A DNA stretch of 63,651 bases, filler included, from Globobulimina sp. (taxonomy: Eukaryota), in assembly GCA_003354225.1 (NCBI GenBank). It is 25 parts of 25 records of this genome, joined end to end, with 100 filler letters (N's around TTAATTAATTAA, not from the genome) between each part and the next. Parts side by side here need not be neighbours in the genome. Positions count along the whole stretch, not along the records: positions 45,913 to 48,361 come from PIVH01006639.1; positions 48,462 to 50,910 come from PIVH01006640.1; positions 51,011 to 53,459 come from PIVH01006641.1; positions 53,560 to 56,007 come from PIVH01006642.1; positions 56,108 to 58,555 come from PIVH01006643.1; 20 more parts are not named here. One strand, 5' to 3'. Below the pieces are notes generated by a model, which ran no database searches, was not told the origin of the DNA, and worked only from the letters and a program-made list of their open reading frames with translations. The translations under genes were made by a program, and so were the position numbers. Below, piece after piece: positions 45,913 through 56,329 of the stretch. Numbering within the stretch: the stretch's first letter is position 1; each line of letters begins with the position of its first letter.

Positions 45913-47468
45913 ATGGAATTTATCTGCTTATTAATTGGCGGTGGCGCCATGCCAATGTCCTCTCTGTTTAGTCTCTGATCAGATAAACTCCTTTGTTTTA
46001 TCACCAATGCGTTTGCATCCTCATCGCTTAGAGTGCGTAAGGTGTCGTTAATGTTATTCTCGTCCAAGAACGAGCCAATAAATTGCACGAAGTGATGGGC
46101 GGAGACATACATTAATAATAAAAAACATAATCCAAATATACACACAGTGGCCATAAATAGATATGGATGGCTGAATAGTAACACCAAAGATGTGCATAGA
46201 TTGACAATAATGCCCAATTTGCTGGCAAACATAGGGAATATGCCCCAATTCTCGCCGTTTTGAGTGTGGCTGTGACTGTGTTGCTGCATAATAATATCTG
46301 AGCGTGAATTGTTTTTATCAATCGGTTCATACACGTCCTGCTCCGCTACATTTTTATCAATCTGTTTTCCCATTTGCGGTGCGGACGTTTCTTGACCGTC
46401 ATGTTCCATATGTTGCGGCTCAAAGTTGGGGATCAATTCAATGCGTTCAATGGACTGGGTGTCCACATCGGAGGGATAGATGTCAATGCGTGGCGGTGAT
46501 AGCAGGTTGTGATTGTAATTAATATCTTTTATGGGTGAATTATGATCGCTATCTTTTAGGGGAGACACATTATTTTGGACAGGCGAGAATGGGGTTAAAT
46601 TTAATTTTAATTTCGATAATAAATGGTCTTGTTTGGGTGTAATATCTTCGCCATCGCTGCTGTTCAATAAATCTACACTGTGCCGGGTTGCCATTATGGG
46701 AATGTCGTCGTTGTTATTTGGTAATGGACCGGTGGTGTCTCCACTGTCCATAATCTAGTTTTTTGTGTGTAAATATATGCATATTTATGGAAAATAACGT
46801 TAGATTTATTTAACTGTTGGTTGTATGGGTTCTGGCTCATTTTCTTGTTCATCGGATGAGGATAAAGATGATATATCGTTATCTTCGTCTTCTTGCTCGG
46901 TGGTTCGATATCCATTTTTTGTTTTTGTTGCTGTTTTTTTTGCAGTTTTTTGGTTGTTTATTCCAGTTTGGGTTTGTCTGAATTCTTTGCCATAGATGTA
47001 ATATAAAACGGTCCTTAGTATACAATGAACGACGCGAAGAAAAATAATGAAATGAATTAGTGAATCAAATGATTTATGTTTCCAATATAATACATTGTCA
47101 ATATGATGAAGATCATCATATTCATCCAATGAATAATAATTAAATTGTTTCATTGTCGGTGTTATTCGCGTGAGTTCAATGATTAATGATAAGATTGAGA
47201 ATACATAAACAAAATCACAGGATGTCATATTCAATACTTTGCAATTAAATAATCTACAAATCATTAAATATTCGAGAATGAACAATATCATGATACAAGG
47301 CACAATAACCCAGATAACAAGATTTGAGATTTGCTGTTGTTTGTCGTCTTCGAAAAAGTATATAGCACCGTCTGCAAATATTACAAATATTGAGCATAAT
47401 GTTAATACAATGAATAGTGTCACAGAATAAAAATGTTGGGACACTTTCAAGGATAAACAAGAGAGCAT
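45913..47468 (-). CDS. Membrane protein with an N-terminal voltage-sensor-like 4-TM module, probably 2 exons, 3'-truncated
   Basis: Phase-0 GT-AG intron 46755-46814 joins the two track ORFs; FILE, CDFV and FLRVVHCILR resemble S2, S3 and S4. Confidence 0.55.
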
Positions 47469-47503
47469 TGTCTCAGTCTCACTAGAAAACTTGCACTTAA
47501 ACG

Positions 47504-48361
47504 ATGCGCTTTGCACTCAAACGAATTAACTTCACTCTGCAAAGATCCATCAGGTTTCCACATACTGTCAATATCCAAATACGATCATTCCTAATCAAAG
47601 AGGATGAAGACCATCAAAAATCATTCATACCGAGAGCAACGGGTGGAAATAAAGTGTCATACAGCGACATGTATATAAATAAAAAACGAAAAAAGGCGTC
47701 CAAATCTTTTTGGGGCTCCTATAGAAAAGCTCTTAGTGCCATCATATTGGCTACAGCCGGAACCTGCGCATTGCTATTTTGTGGACACAGATTATATGAA
47801 AACTATCAAAAGAAGTCAGGCAAACAAATCACAGAGAAACTCGCAGAGAACCAATCCGATCAACAAACATTAAACCGCATCGCTTCAGATATTGCCACTA
47901 ATTTCATTTTACCACAATTCAACAAACCAATTGCAAACACTATTGACTCAGAAACGCATTTCAAACATATTCCGCGTCCATTCAGCTCCATTCAACCCGC
48001 AATCTCCGATGCAATATATGCTCCACATCGCACCGCATGGAATATCTGCTGTGGCTTTGGCGGAGCGGGCATCAGCTCCAACTTTAAAGATGCATATAAC
48101 CACACCATTGCTCACAAAATCAAAGCAGACGAAAAGCCAAGGTTTTTATACTTGAATTTTCAGGAAATTGATGCGTCAAACAACTGTTTGGAAAGTTTGA
48201 TCAAATATCATTGGAACAACCAGACATTCAATATCACTGACTATGGCTTGGACAGATTGCCAGCGACGATCAATGAGTATGACATCCTTCGCAAGGCATT
48301 GTTAATGGCACCGCCACTTCTTTGACTGTTTTTCTTCCTGCAAACCAAACTCTCTTCCAGT
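47504..48361 (+). CDS. Mitochondrion-targeted single-TM protein with a degenerate P-loop, probably 3'-truncated
   Basis: Arg-rich leader MRFALKRINFTLQRSIR; TM ALSAIILATAGTCALLF; GFGGAGISS; pyrimidine tract ending CAG at 48360 suggests the stop lies in an intron. Confidence 0.55.
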
Positions 48362-48461
48362 NNNNNNNNNNNNNNNNNNNNNNNNNNNNNNNNNNNNNNN
48401 NNNNNTTAATTAATTAANNNNNNNNNNNNNNNNNNNNNNNNNNNNNNNNNNNNNNNNNNNN

Positions 48462-50531
48462 ATTAAAAACGAAAACGAAAAACAAGTCAATTATAAAAAA
48501 AACGACCGAAAGCGCACCTTCTCCGAAATGGATGCAAATGACAACAATGCCAACACCAACAAACCAGAAACGGTGTATACAGACACAACCGAAGGCAGAC
48601 GGACATTATTAAAGCATACAAATAACCCAACAGCCAAACAACACTTAGACGAAATCATCAAAGACAAACTAGCTCAGAAACACGGCAAAAAGCGTCGTAA
48701 AATAAACATCACCGCAAACCACAGCATTGACCCCATCATAGCCGCAGGTAATACATCGTGGGAAGTGATTTTCCCACAAGAGAGCCTATCCGATGTCGGC
48801 GGTTTATCTCAAATCTACAACAAATTGGACGACTTACTCGTGTCCTTACAATGCGATATATGGCCCGTTTTAGGCGTATCCCCGCCGCGCAGTGTGCTGT
48901 TACACGGCCCTCCCGGCTCTGGCAAGACCTTATTAGCGCACGCATTGGCTGGCGAGGCTGAGGTGGGTTTGATCAAAGTATCCGCTCCGGAATTGGTGGC
49001 TGGATTAAGTGGTCAGAGCGAGGCCAAAATCCGCAGTTTGTTTGAAAGCGGACTGGCCAATGAACCGTGCATTATATTCATAGACGAAATCGATGTCATT
49101 GCGGGGAAACGGGAGAACGCGCAGAGACAAATGGAGAGTCGCATAGTGGCGCAGTTACTGACTTGTTTGGACGACATGGCGCGAGAGGCCATGACCAAAA
49201 AAGTGATGTTCGTGGCGGCCACAAACCGCCCCGATTGCATTGACAATGCGCTGCGAAGAGGCGACCGATTCGACTATGAGCTGACGATGGGAATACCGGA
49301 CAAAACCGCACGGTGTAAAATACTGCGCATTATCACGCAAAACATGCGGTTGGAGGAAGATTTTGATTATGACGCCATCGCGGAAGAAACGAATGGATTC
49401 GTCGGCGCCGATTTGAAAGCCTTGACCAAAACGGCAGGCATCGTTGGCGTGAAAAGGATATTAAAACAATTGGATCCGTTCCATAGTGTCGCAGACGGCG
49501 ATGATCAGAAAAAGGAGAGTGCGGAGCCGCAAATACCAGCGTATAAACGCATTGTTTTGAACGAGGTGCAGTTGCGTGGACAGTACATACTAGAGACTGA
49601 TTTCTCAGAGGCTTTGAAAACAGTGGAACCGTCCTCGCGGAGGGAAGGATTCGCCACCATTCCGGATGTGTGCTGGGATGATATCGGCGCACTGTCTCAT
49701 ATTCGAAACGAATTGACATTGAAAATAACGGCGCGGATCAGGTACAAAGAGATGTTTAACAAGTTACAGATCGACGACCCGTGTGGGATTTTGTTGTTTG
49801 GGCCGCCTGGCTGCGGCAAGACACTTTTGGCCAAGGCCATTGCGGCAGCTTCGGGTGCTTCGTTTATTAGTATCAAAGGGCCGGAGTTGTTGAACAAGTA
49901 TGTGGGCGAAAGTGAGCGTGCCATACGTACCGTGTTTCGGAGAGCTAGGAGCTCGCCGCCGTGCATTGTCTTTTTCGATGAGTTGGATGCGTTGGCGCCG
50001 AAGAGGGAGAGCGGCGGATTCGATGTGGGCGGCTCGTCGAATAATGTGTCCTCGCGAGTGGTGAATCAGTTGTTGACGGAGTTGGATGGGGTGAAGGACA
50101 GAGGGGAGATATTTGTTATTGGTGCGACGAACAGGTTTGATATCATTGACACTGCATTGATCAGACCGGGCCGGTTGGGGACTAAAATATATGTTGGTTT
50201 GCCGGATGTGAATGGGAGGTATGAGATATTGAAAGCACATACAAGGAATAAGGTGTTGCGGAAGGATGTAGATTTGGAATTGATTGCGAGGAGTAAAAAA
50301 TGTGATAGGTTTAGTGGCGCTGATTTAGCTTTGTTGGTAACCGAAGCATCGATGAATGTGATTAAAAAGAAATTAAATTATAATAATGAGGGTAATGTGG
50401 CGCGAGAGGAGGATGAAAATGATCTTTCCTTGTCGATGAATGATTTTTTAACGGCGTTGGATATGGTAAAACCATCCATAACGCAAATACAAGCACGGGA
50501 ATATGAAAAAATGGCAATGATGTCGTACTAA
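48462..50531 (+). CDS. NVL: Nuclear VCP-like AAA+ ATPase (NVL/Rix7), probably 5'-truncated
   Basis: Two AAA modules (GPPGSGKT, GPPGCGKT); KRENAQRQMESRIVAQLL, PSSRREGFATIPDV.W.DIGAL, KGPELLNKYVGESERA. Confidence 0.95.
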   Translation: MKNENEKQVNYKKNDRKRTFSEMDANDNNANTNKPETVYTDTTEGRRTLLKHTNNPTAKQHLDEIIKDKLAQKHGKKRRKINITANHSIDPIIAAGNTSWEVIFPQESLSDVGGLSQIYNKLDDLLVSLQCDIWPVLGVSPPRSVLLHGPPGSGKTLLAHALAGEAEVGLIKVSAPELVAGLSGQSEAKIRSLFESGLANEPCIIFIDEIDVIAGKRENAQRQMESRIVAQLLTCLDDMAREAMTKKVMFVAATNRPDCIDNALRRGDRFDYELTMGIPDKTARCKILRIITQNMRLEEDFDYDAIAEETNGFVGADLKALTKTAGIVGVKRILKQLDPFHSVADGDDQKKESAEPQIPAYKRIVLNEVQLRGQYILETDFSEALKTVEPSSRREGFATIPDVCWDDIGALSHIRNELTLKITARIRYKEMFNKLQIDDPCGILLFGPPGCGKTLLAKAIAAASGASFISIKGPELLNKYVGESERAIRTVFRRARSSPPCIVFFDELDALAPKRESGGFDVGGSSNNVSSRVVNQLLTELDGVKDRGEIFVIGATNRFDIIDTALIRPGRLGTKIYVGLPDVNGRYEILKAHTRNKVLRKDVDLELIARSKKCDRFSGADLALLVTEASMNVIKKKLNYNNEGNVAREEDENDLSLSMNDFLTALDMVKPSITQIQAREYEKMAMMSY

Positions 50532-51010
50532 TTGGTTGATTTATATGAAACGTTTTTTTTGTTGTTAGCTCATAAAGTTTTAATTCAGTTGACTTAAGTT
50601 TGAAGACTATGAGACAGGATCAGCGGATTGCATTTGTTCGATTTGAGTTTTAAAATAATTCCAGTCATCAAATTACAGAAATAGGCAAGCTAGAATAGGC
50701 AACAATTATTTGACACTGCAATATAAAATCAGTGATAGAACACCCAACAAAATCGCCATCAAAAGAATCCCAATAAAAATATGCTCCCATTGGAAGTGCC
50801 GCCGTGAAACGATATCGATCTCTGTCGGTGCTCTCATTGCGCCATCTCTCATGATAGTGGTACCTGATACGGCTCCACGGGTTTCTGAATCGAGTGTTTC
50901 TCGACATAATNNNNNNNNNNNNNNNNNNNNNNNNNNNNNNNNNNNNNNNNNNNNTTAATTAATTAANNNNNNNNNNNNNNNNNNNNNNNNNNNNNNNNNN
51001 NNNNNNNNNN

Positions 51011-51156
51011 ACCAATGCTGAATTTACTGTACATGTGTTCCATGAGGGAGTAACTGCTCCAGAATGACCGCAATAACACGTTCCCCATTCTGGTTTTTGG
51101 ATATTTATAATTGAATTTGTAGGTAGTGGTTGTGGTTTGGAATCGGACAAACCCAT
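51011..51156 (-). CDS. 5' fragment of a gene with an N-myristoylation-like start
   Basis: MGLSDSK (MGxxxS); open to the contig edge; head-to-head with the PARP gene. Confidence 0.4.
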
Positions 51157-51259
51157 TGTTCAAATAAAATATATTAAACCAGTTCGAAGTTTTTTGAAAT
51201 CAGTTCGAAAATCTGCCATTCTTGCTAGTCAGTTGCTGACCGTTACCCTTTTGATAAAT

Positions 51260-52397
51260 ATGAAGAAATGGCAGTGGGAATCAGATTCCTCTGATTACTC
51301 CTCTTTCCCAACCGCTATCAATCAAAAGATTACAAGTTGCAATGTTGGATCAAAGGTAAATTTATTTACATGATTATTTTGATATAGATATATATTTATG
51401 AATGCTCATATAGATCAAATATATGGTTAGAAGTTGGTCTTATACGTTATTAAAAACCTCTGATACCACTGCTGTTCAACAAAATAACAAGACAAAAAAA
51501 TGTCGATTAGTTCGACTCAAAACAACTGCACCAAATCGTCCGCATTTTAGTAGTTTAACATTAAATGAAGTGCATAATTATTGTTGCTCGGAAAAACCAT
51601 TTTGGTGGAACTCAAATTCTGCAAACAATCAAATAATAACATCATGGAATTTACATAACAAAATTTGTGCAGATATTGTTTTTCAATTAAAAAAAACATA
51701 TAACATTCAAATCATAGAAATTCAGTCTGTTCAAAATCTTCTTTTATGGAAACTATATCAAGCCCATCGAGCAATATTTAAAGAGTCTCTCAAAGACAAA
51801 TTGAATGAAAGACATGCATTTCATGGAACGGATTACCAATCTGCGCAAAATATATGTCATCAAGGATTATTAAGAGATTTCAGCACCAAACGTGTGTTCG
51901 GAAAAGGTGTATATTTTGCGAAAAACGCAGTGTATTCCGCACAAACTCCGTATTCAAAACCAGATAATAATGGCTATCAATATATGTTTTTGTGTCGTGT
52001 AATTTTGGGTGAATCATGTCAAGGTAATGGTAATTATGCAGTGCCACCATGTAAACCAAACTCACAGATACATTACGAATCAATGGTGGATAATGTGTAC
52101 AATCCGACAATATATGTCATATCGAAAGATCATCAAAGTTATCCTGAATTTCTTATTAAATTCAAAACAAACCATTCCATGGCGAAGCTGAAGAAAACAG
52201 TTCGAGTTTGTGAGTGTGGCGGCGATTTAGTTCAAGTCGATCCATATGGCATTCATAATTACAATGGGAATAGTGTAGCATGTGACGAATGTTCAAAAAC
52301 ATGTAGAATCTCTGTGTATCATTGTAATAGAGGCAAAACTGCAAAACATCCATATGGATATGATTTGTGTTTAGCTTGTAGTACATATACTGATTAA
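51260..52397 (+). CDS. WWE - PARP catalytic (mono-ART type) - C-terminal zinc finger, 2 exons
   Basis: Intron 51356-51413 builds WQWESD...Q.N.KT...R.VR (WWE); FHGT, FGKGVYFA, YS, PTIYVI, YPEFLI; CECG...CDEC...YHC...GYDLC..C. Confidence 0.9.
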
Positions 52398-52410
52398 TGT
52401 TCTTAACATA

Positions 52411-53459
52411 ATGACAAACTGTTTGTGGGCAAAACGTAGTAGCAAAGTCCGGTTGCATGCTATTATGTACGTTGCTGTCCAACTCCTTGATTATTTCTAT
52501 TCATATTCTTGTTATTCGTTAAAAGATATGTTAACTGTTTTTGAACTAGCTCGTTTTACATTTTATGATGGAAAATCCTTTGAAAAAAGGGTAACAACGC
52601 CACTTAGACATGTCTGGGTAATATTATTACTGGGTTAAACAATTGCTTATTTACTTAATTTTTGTTGTGTGGCATTCGAGAAATTCGATTTGGTAAATTT
52701 CCATCGTGATTTGTTGCCTTGCGATAGAATCTGTTATATTGCCATAAGAACAGAATTTATTGATCAATGCAAAGCAACAGATTTCGAATCAGAACGCATA
52801 TTTTGGCAATCATTTTTTTTCCTGGCTTCTCCCAATGATGCTGTAGCTGATCGCATAGCAGGTGAGGCACTGTTTGGTTTTGTGGTGCTTTTTTGTAAAG
52901 AATGGGTTGAAAATATGTTAGCAAATATAAAATCAGAGAATGAATTACAAAAAAAAATACTTGGAAATGCCGATGTAGAGCTCCAAGATATTGACGCAGT
53001 AAAATGGAGCAAAGAGTTGAACTTTGGAGGAAAGATATTGCAAAATATGGAAAACGTTTGATTTCTCATTTTCTTTATGGTGATAACCGCCCAGAAGGAG
53101 ATGTGTTCTTTCTTTGCGGTAAAATGTTTTTGAACGATAAAAAATATTTTGATGCAAAACGTGCATTTGTTGATGCAATAAATTATGGAACATCCTTTAT
53201 TTTGATATGTTTATCATTAAAGAATTTAAGTGAAATATGTTATAAATTTCATGGTGAATATGGAATTGGCTTAAAATATTTAAAACGCGCATATAAATTA
53301 TGTCATAATGATAAAGAACATATTACAACCCATCATTTTTTGAGAGAAATTATGATAAAAAAAAAAAGTTTATTTATAAAAAAAATGAAAAATATGAAAT
53401 GTGGAAATTGTGGAATGAAAAATGGAACAAAATTAAGATCATGTTCTGGATGCATGAAA
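52411..53459 (+). pseudogene. TPR-like + MYND zinc-finger gene, disrupted, 3'-truncated
   Basis: In-frame TAA 52636-52638, frameshift near 53020, ends in KCGNC...LRSCSGC. Confidence 0.6.
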
Positions 53460-54041
53460 NNNNNNNNNNNNNNNNNNNNNNNNNNNNNNNNNNNNNNNNN
53501 NNNTTAATTAATTAANNNNNNNNNNNNNNNNNNNNNNNNNNNNNNNNNNNNNNNNNNNNTACATTTCCATCCTGTATTAACTAACATTTGCGCATCACAA
53601 CTATGCACATGTTTATTTAATTGATTTACTTTATATTTTGTACACTACATCCAAACACCTTATATTTACATTCAGCAAATCGGTGGTTCTATAAACAAAA
53701 TGCATAACTGTTCTTCTTAAACATTGATTGATAATTTACTAAGGCAACAGCTAATCTTGATAAGCATGTGCATGATGAAACAATGCTTTGTTCATTCCCC
53801 AAACATTTGGCCGGATGCTTTGTGGATTCAAATATAGATAAATGCATATAAAGGAATTAAGTAGTTCTCAAAATTCAATTGTTATTAATAACGACAAGAG
53901 TTTAGAAAACATTTTATGGTCCTTGCACTCCGAAATGAAGCTAACCATCGTTTGCAGAAACATGTTTGTCAGCAAACAATATAAAAAAAAATTAAATAAT
54001 AATCACAAGAATATTGTGGAGAATTGCTGATTACATTTTTA

Positions 54042-55751
54042 TTAACGTTTAAATCTATGTTGATAAACAACAGCACCATTTACAATATATTCCATTAAAA
54101 CAGGATCATCGTATTTTGAATATTCATTGACAAAGGCAACCCTTAAATGTCCATTTTCAACTCTTAATTCTGTTTGTTTATCAGTTGATATTTTCTCAAT
54201 TTTAATCCCTTTGATATTAAACAATCGTTGCTCATTTTTACTTGAAAGTGTTTCATTATTATGAGAGGATGATAGGTATTGCAAATGTTTTAAATGTTTT
54301 AAATTTGTTATTATATCATTAACCATATAATTATCCACCGTCCATATCCATCCACCGCGTTTTATGCCACATGCAATTGATAAATTTATCATTTTTGTAC
54401 ATTTATATATGATATTTACTACACTTTTCTTTGTAATCCTACAACATCGCGAAATATCCAAATCAATCAAATTATTTGCATGTTGATTTGCTAATATATC
54501 CATTGATAAATCTGTCACATATCTGGCCGATCGACAATGTAATTTCTTAATTGTTGTTAAATTATTTGATAAGGCAATTATACCTTCATCGCACACATCA
54601 CATCCATTTAAAATTATATTTTGCAAATCAGCACAACTTAAACCTATCCGCGTCAATGCAGTATACGGTAAGTTCCAACACCACGTTAAATCCAATGTAT
54701 TTAAATTCGAAAATGAGCAAATTGTATCTAAAAAAGCACCAGAAAGCGTATTATTATTATTGTTGTTGTGATGATAGGAACATACATATTGATGTTGCCA
54801 CCAGTCGTCCGATTGACATTTAGTACAACAATAACTGCGCAACTCACAATCTTCGCATTTATGCCATTTACACAGTGCTTGTTTATGACAATAGGAACAA
54901 TGGAATGGATCCCGTTTCTTTAAAATTAATGTTCTTAATGTTTGCGTTGATGATAATAATAAACGATTAAAGGAAATATCGGTCATATTCATATACATCG
55001 ATTCAATGCTCAATGATTGCAATTGGAATGTTGGTTTATTTGCAATCGAATCAAATAAGTTCGCAGTGTACATTTCGTTGTTGTCAGTATCCATGGCATT
55101 GTTGTTAGTATTTGCGTTATTTCCTAATAAGAATATCCACGGATTTTCATCTAAATGTAATGTTAATAAATTGGGACAATTTTTAATTAAAACCTGAAAC
55201 ATTGCACCGCTGAGCATAGTTCTTTGTATTTTTAAATGTTGTAAATTGATGCATTGAGTTAATTTGTTAATAATCCAATTTAATGTAAAATGTGTGCGAT
55301 GTGGATGTCTGGCCGGATTATATTCAAATTGTGAGTCATAATCGTCTTCGATTAGTGATGGAAATAAGTGCGGAGAGATACAGCATTTATTTAAGCGTTG
55401 CCACATGATTTCACATTGGGAGTTGTAAAATTTATTTACCACCGAACATACGGATAATTCAAATGGTGTGTTATATGATAATATCTCTTGTAATAATACG
55501 TCAGGCAATGCATCTGAAAAAAATCCTTGTCTGCGACTGTGGGATGATTCTTGTGATGATTGTGAGTAATGTGAAAATTGTGAATGTTGAGATGATTCGG
55601 CACATGAAAATTGAGATAATTTTAGATTATGATTGCTGCTGTTTTGATATCGATGCGGTGACAATGGCGGAGGGCTCGAAAGTCGTCGTTTTTTAATTGG
55701 AGGAACATATTCAACTTTATCCATTTCATAGCACTTTCTTTTTCGTGACAT
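54042..55751 (-). CDS. F-box/LRR protein with an inserted MYND zinc finger
   Basis: F-box LPDVLLQEILSY..PFEL..CS.VNK; cysteine-containing LRRs; CSYC...KCEDC...YCCTKCQ..DW..H..VC. Confidence 0.85.
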   Translation of the reverse strand: MSRKRKCYEMDKVEYVPPIKKRRLSSPPPLSPHRYQNSSNHNLKLSQFSCAESSQHSQFSHYSQSSQESSHSRRQGFFSDALPDVLLQEILSYNTPFELSVCSVVNKFYNSQCEIMWQRLNKCCISPHLFPSLIEDDYDSQFEYNPARHPHRTHFTLNWIINKLTQCINLQHLKIQRTMLSGAMFQVLIKNCPNLLTLHLDENPWIFLLGNNANTNNNAMDTDNNEMYTANLFDSIANKPTFQLQSLSIESMYMNMTDISFNRLLLSSTQTLRTLILKKRDPFHCSYCHKQALCKWHKCEDCELRSYCCTKCQSDDWWQHQYVCSYHHNNNNNNTLSGAFLDTICSFSNLNTLDLTWCWNLPYTALTRIGLSCADLQNIILNGCDVCDEGIIALSNNLTTIKKLHCRSARYVTDLSMDILANQHANNLIDLDISRCCRITKKSVVNIIYKCTKMINLSIACGIKRGGWIWTVDNYMVNDIITNLKHLKHLQYLSSSHNNETLSSKNEQRLFNIKGIKIEKISTDKQTELRVENGHLRVAFVNEYSKYDDPVLMEYIVNGAVVYQHRFKR

Positions 55752-56329
55752 TGTTGAACTGGTCGGAGTGGATGAGTGTGAACCAAAATCTGTGATGATT
55801 AATCACAGTTAAATTATGGATAAAAATAAAAATATTAAAATATAGCTAAAATATAATATTACATCAATTTTTGTAACAATAGCTGTTGTTTGGCAGTTTC
55901 GTTTCCAGCAAACATAACACCGCAATGCACTTTTGCACATAATTCATATTGTGGCTTGATATAAAATTTCTCAAATTGGGTCAAGCTTCTTTCAATAAAC
56001 ATGTATANNNNNNNNNNNNNNNNNNNNNNNNNNNNNNNNNNNNNNNNNNNNTTAATTAATTAANNNNNNNNNNNNNNNNNNNNNNNNNNNNNNNNNNNNN
56101 NNNNNNNCAAAGGCCTGGTTCCAGGTGGCTGGGACGAAGGGCTGATGACATACTGGAGGAAATGGAGCTGGACCAAAGAGCTGGTGCCAGACTTCGGGAC
56201 TTTGAGCTTGGGCAAAACGATGGTGCCACTGCCAGACGAGAACGCCTTCCTCTTTGTAATGCGTGGAGAGGGAATTTATCACTACAACTGTGATATATCA
56301 AGTATATTTATCCCGTCATCATGATATAT

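Noticed and set aside
48736-50240. Several overlapping alternative-frame ORFs within NVL
   Set aside because: Expected from the higher GC of this gene; no motifs recognised.
50668-50910. Gene-end fragments at contig edges (also 17860-18139, 25227-25412, 27734-27963)
   Set aside because: Probably coding 3' ends, but frame and product cannot be fixed from the sequence.
53560-54030. Possible degraded minus-strand coding fragment and a short plus-strand ORF
   Set aside because: Too short and interrupted to support a call.
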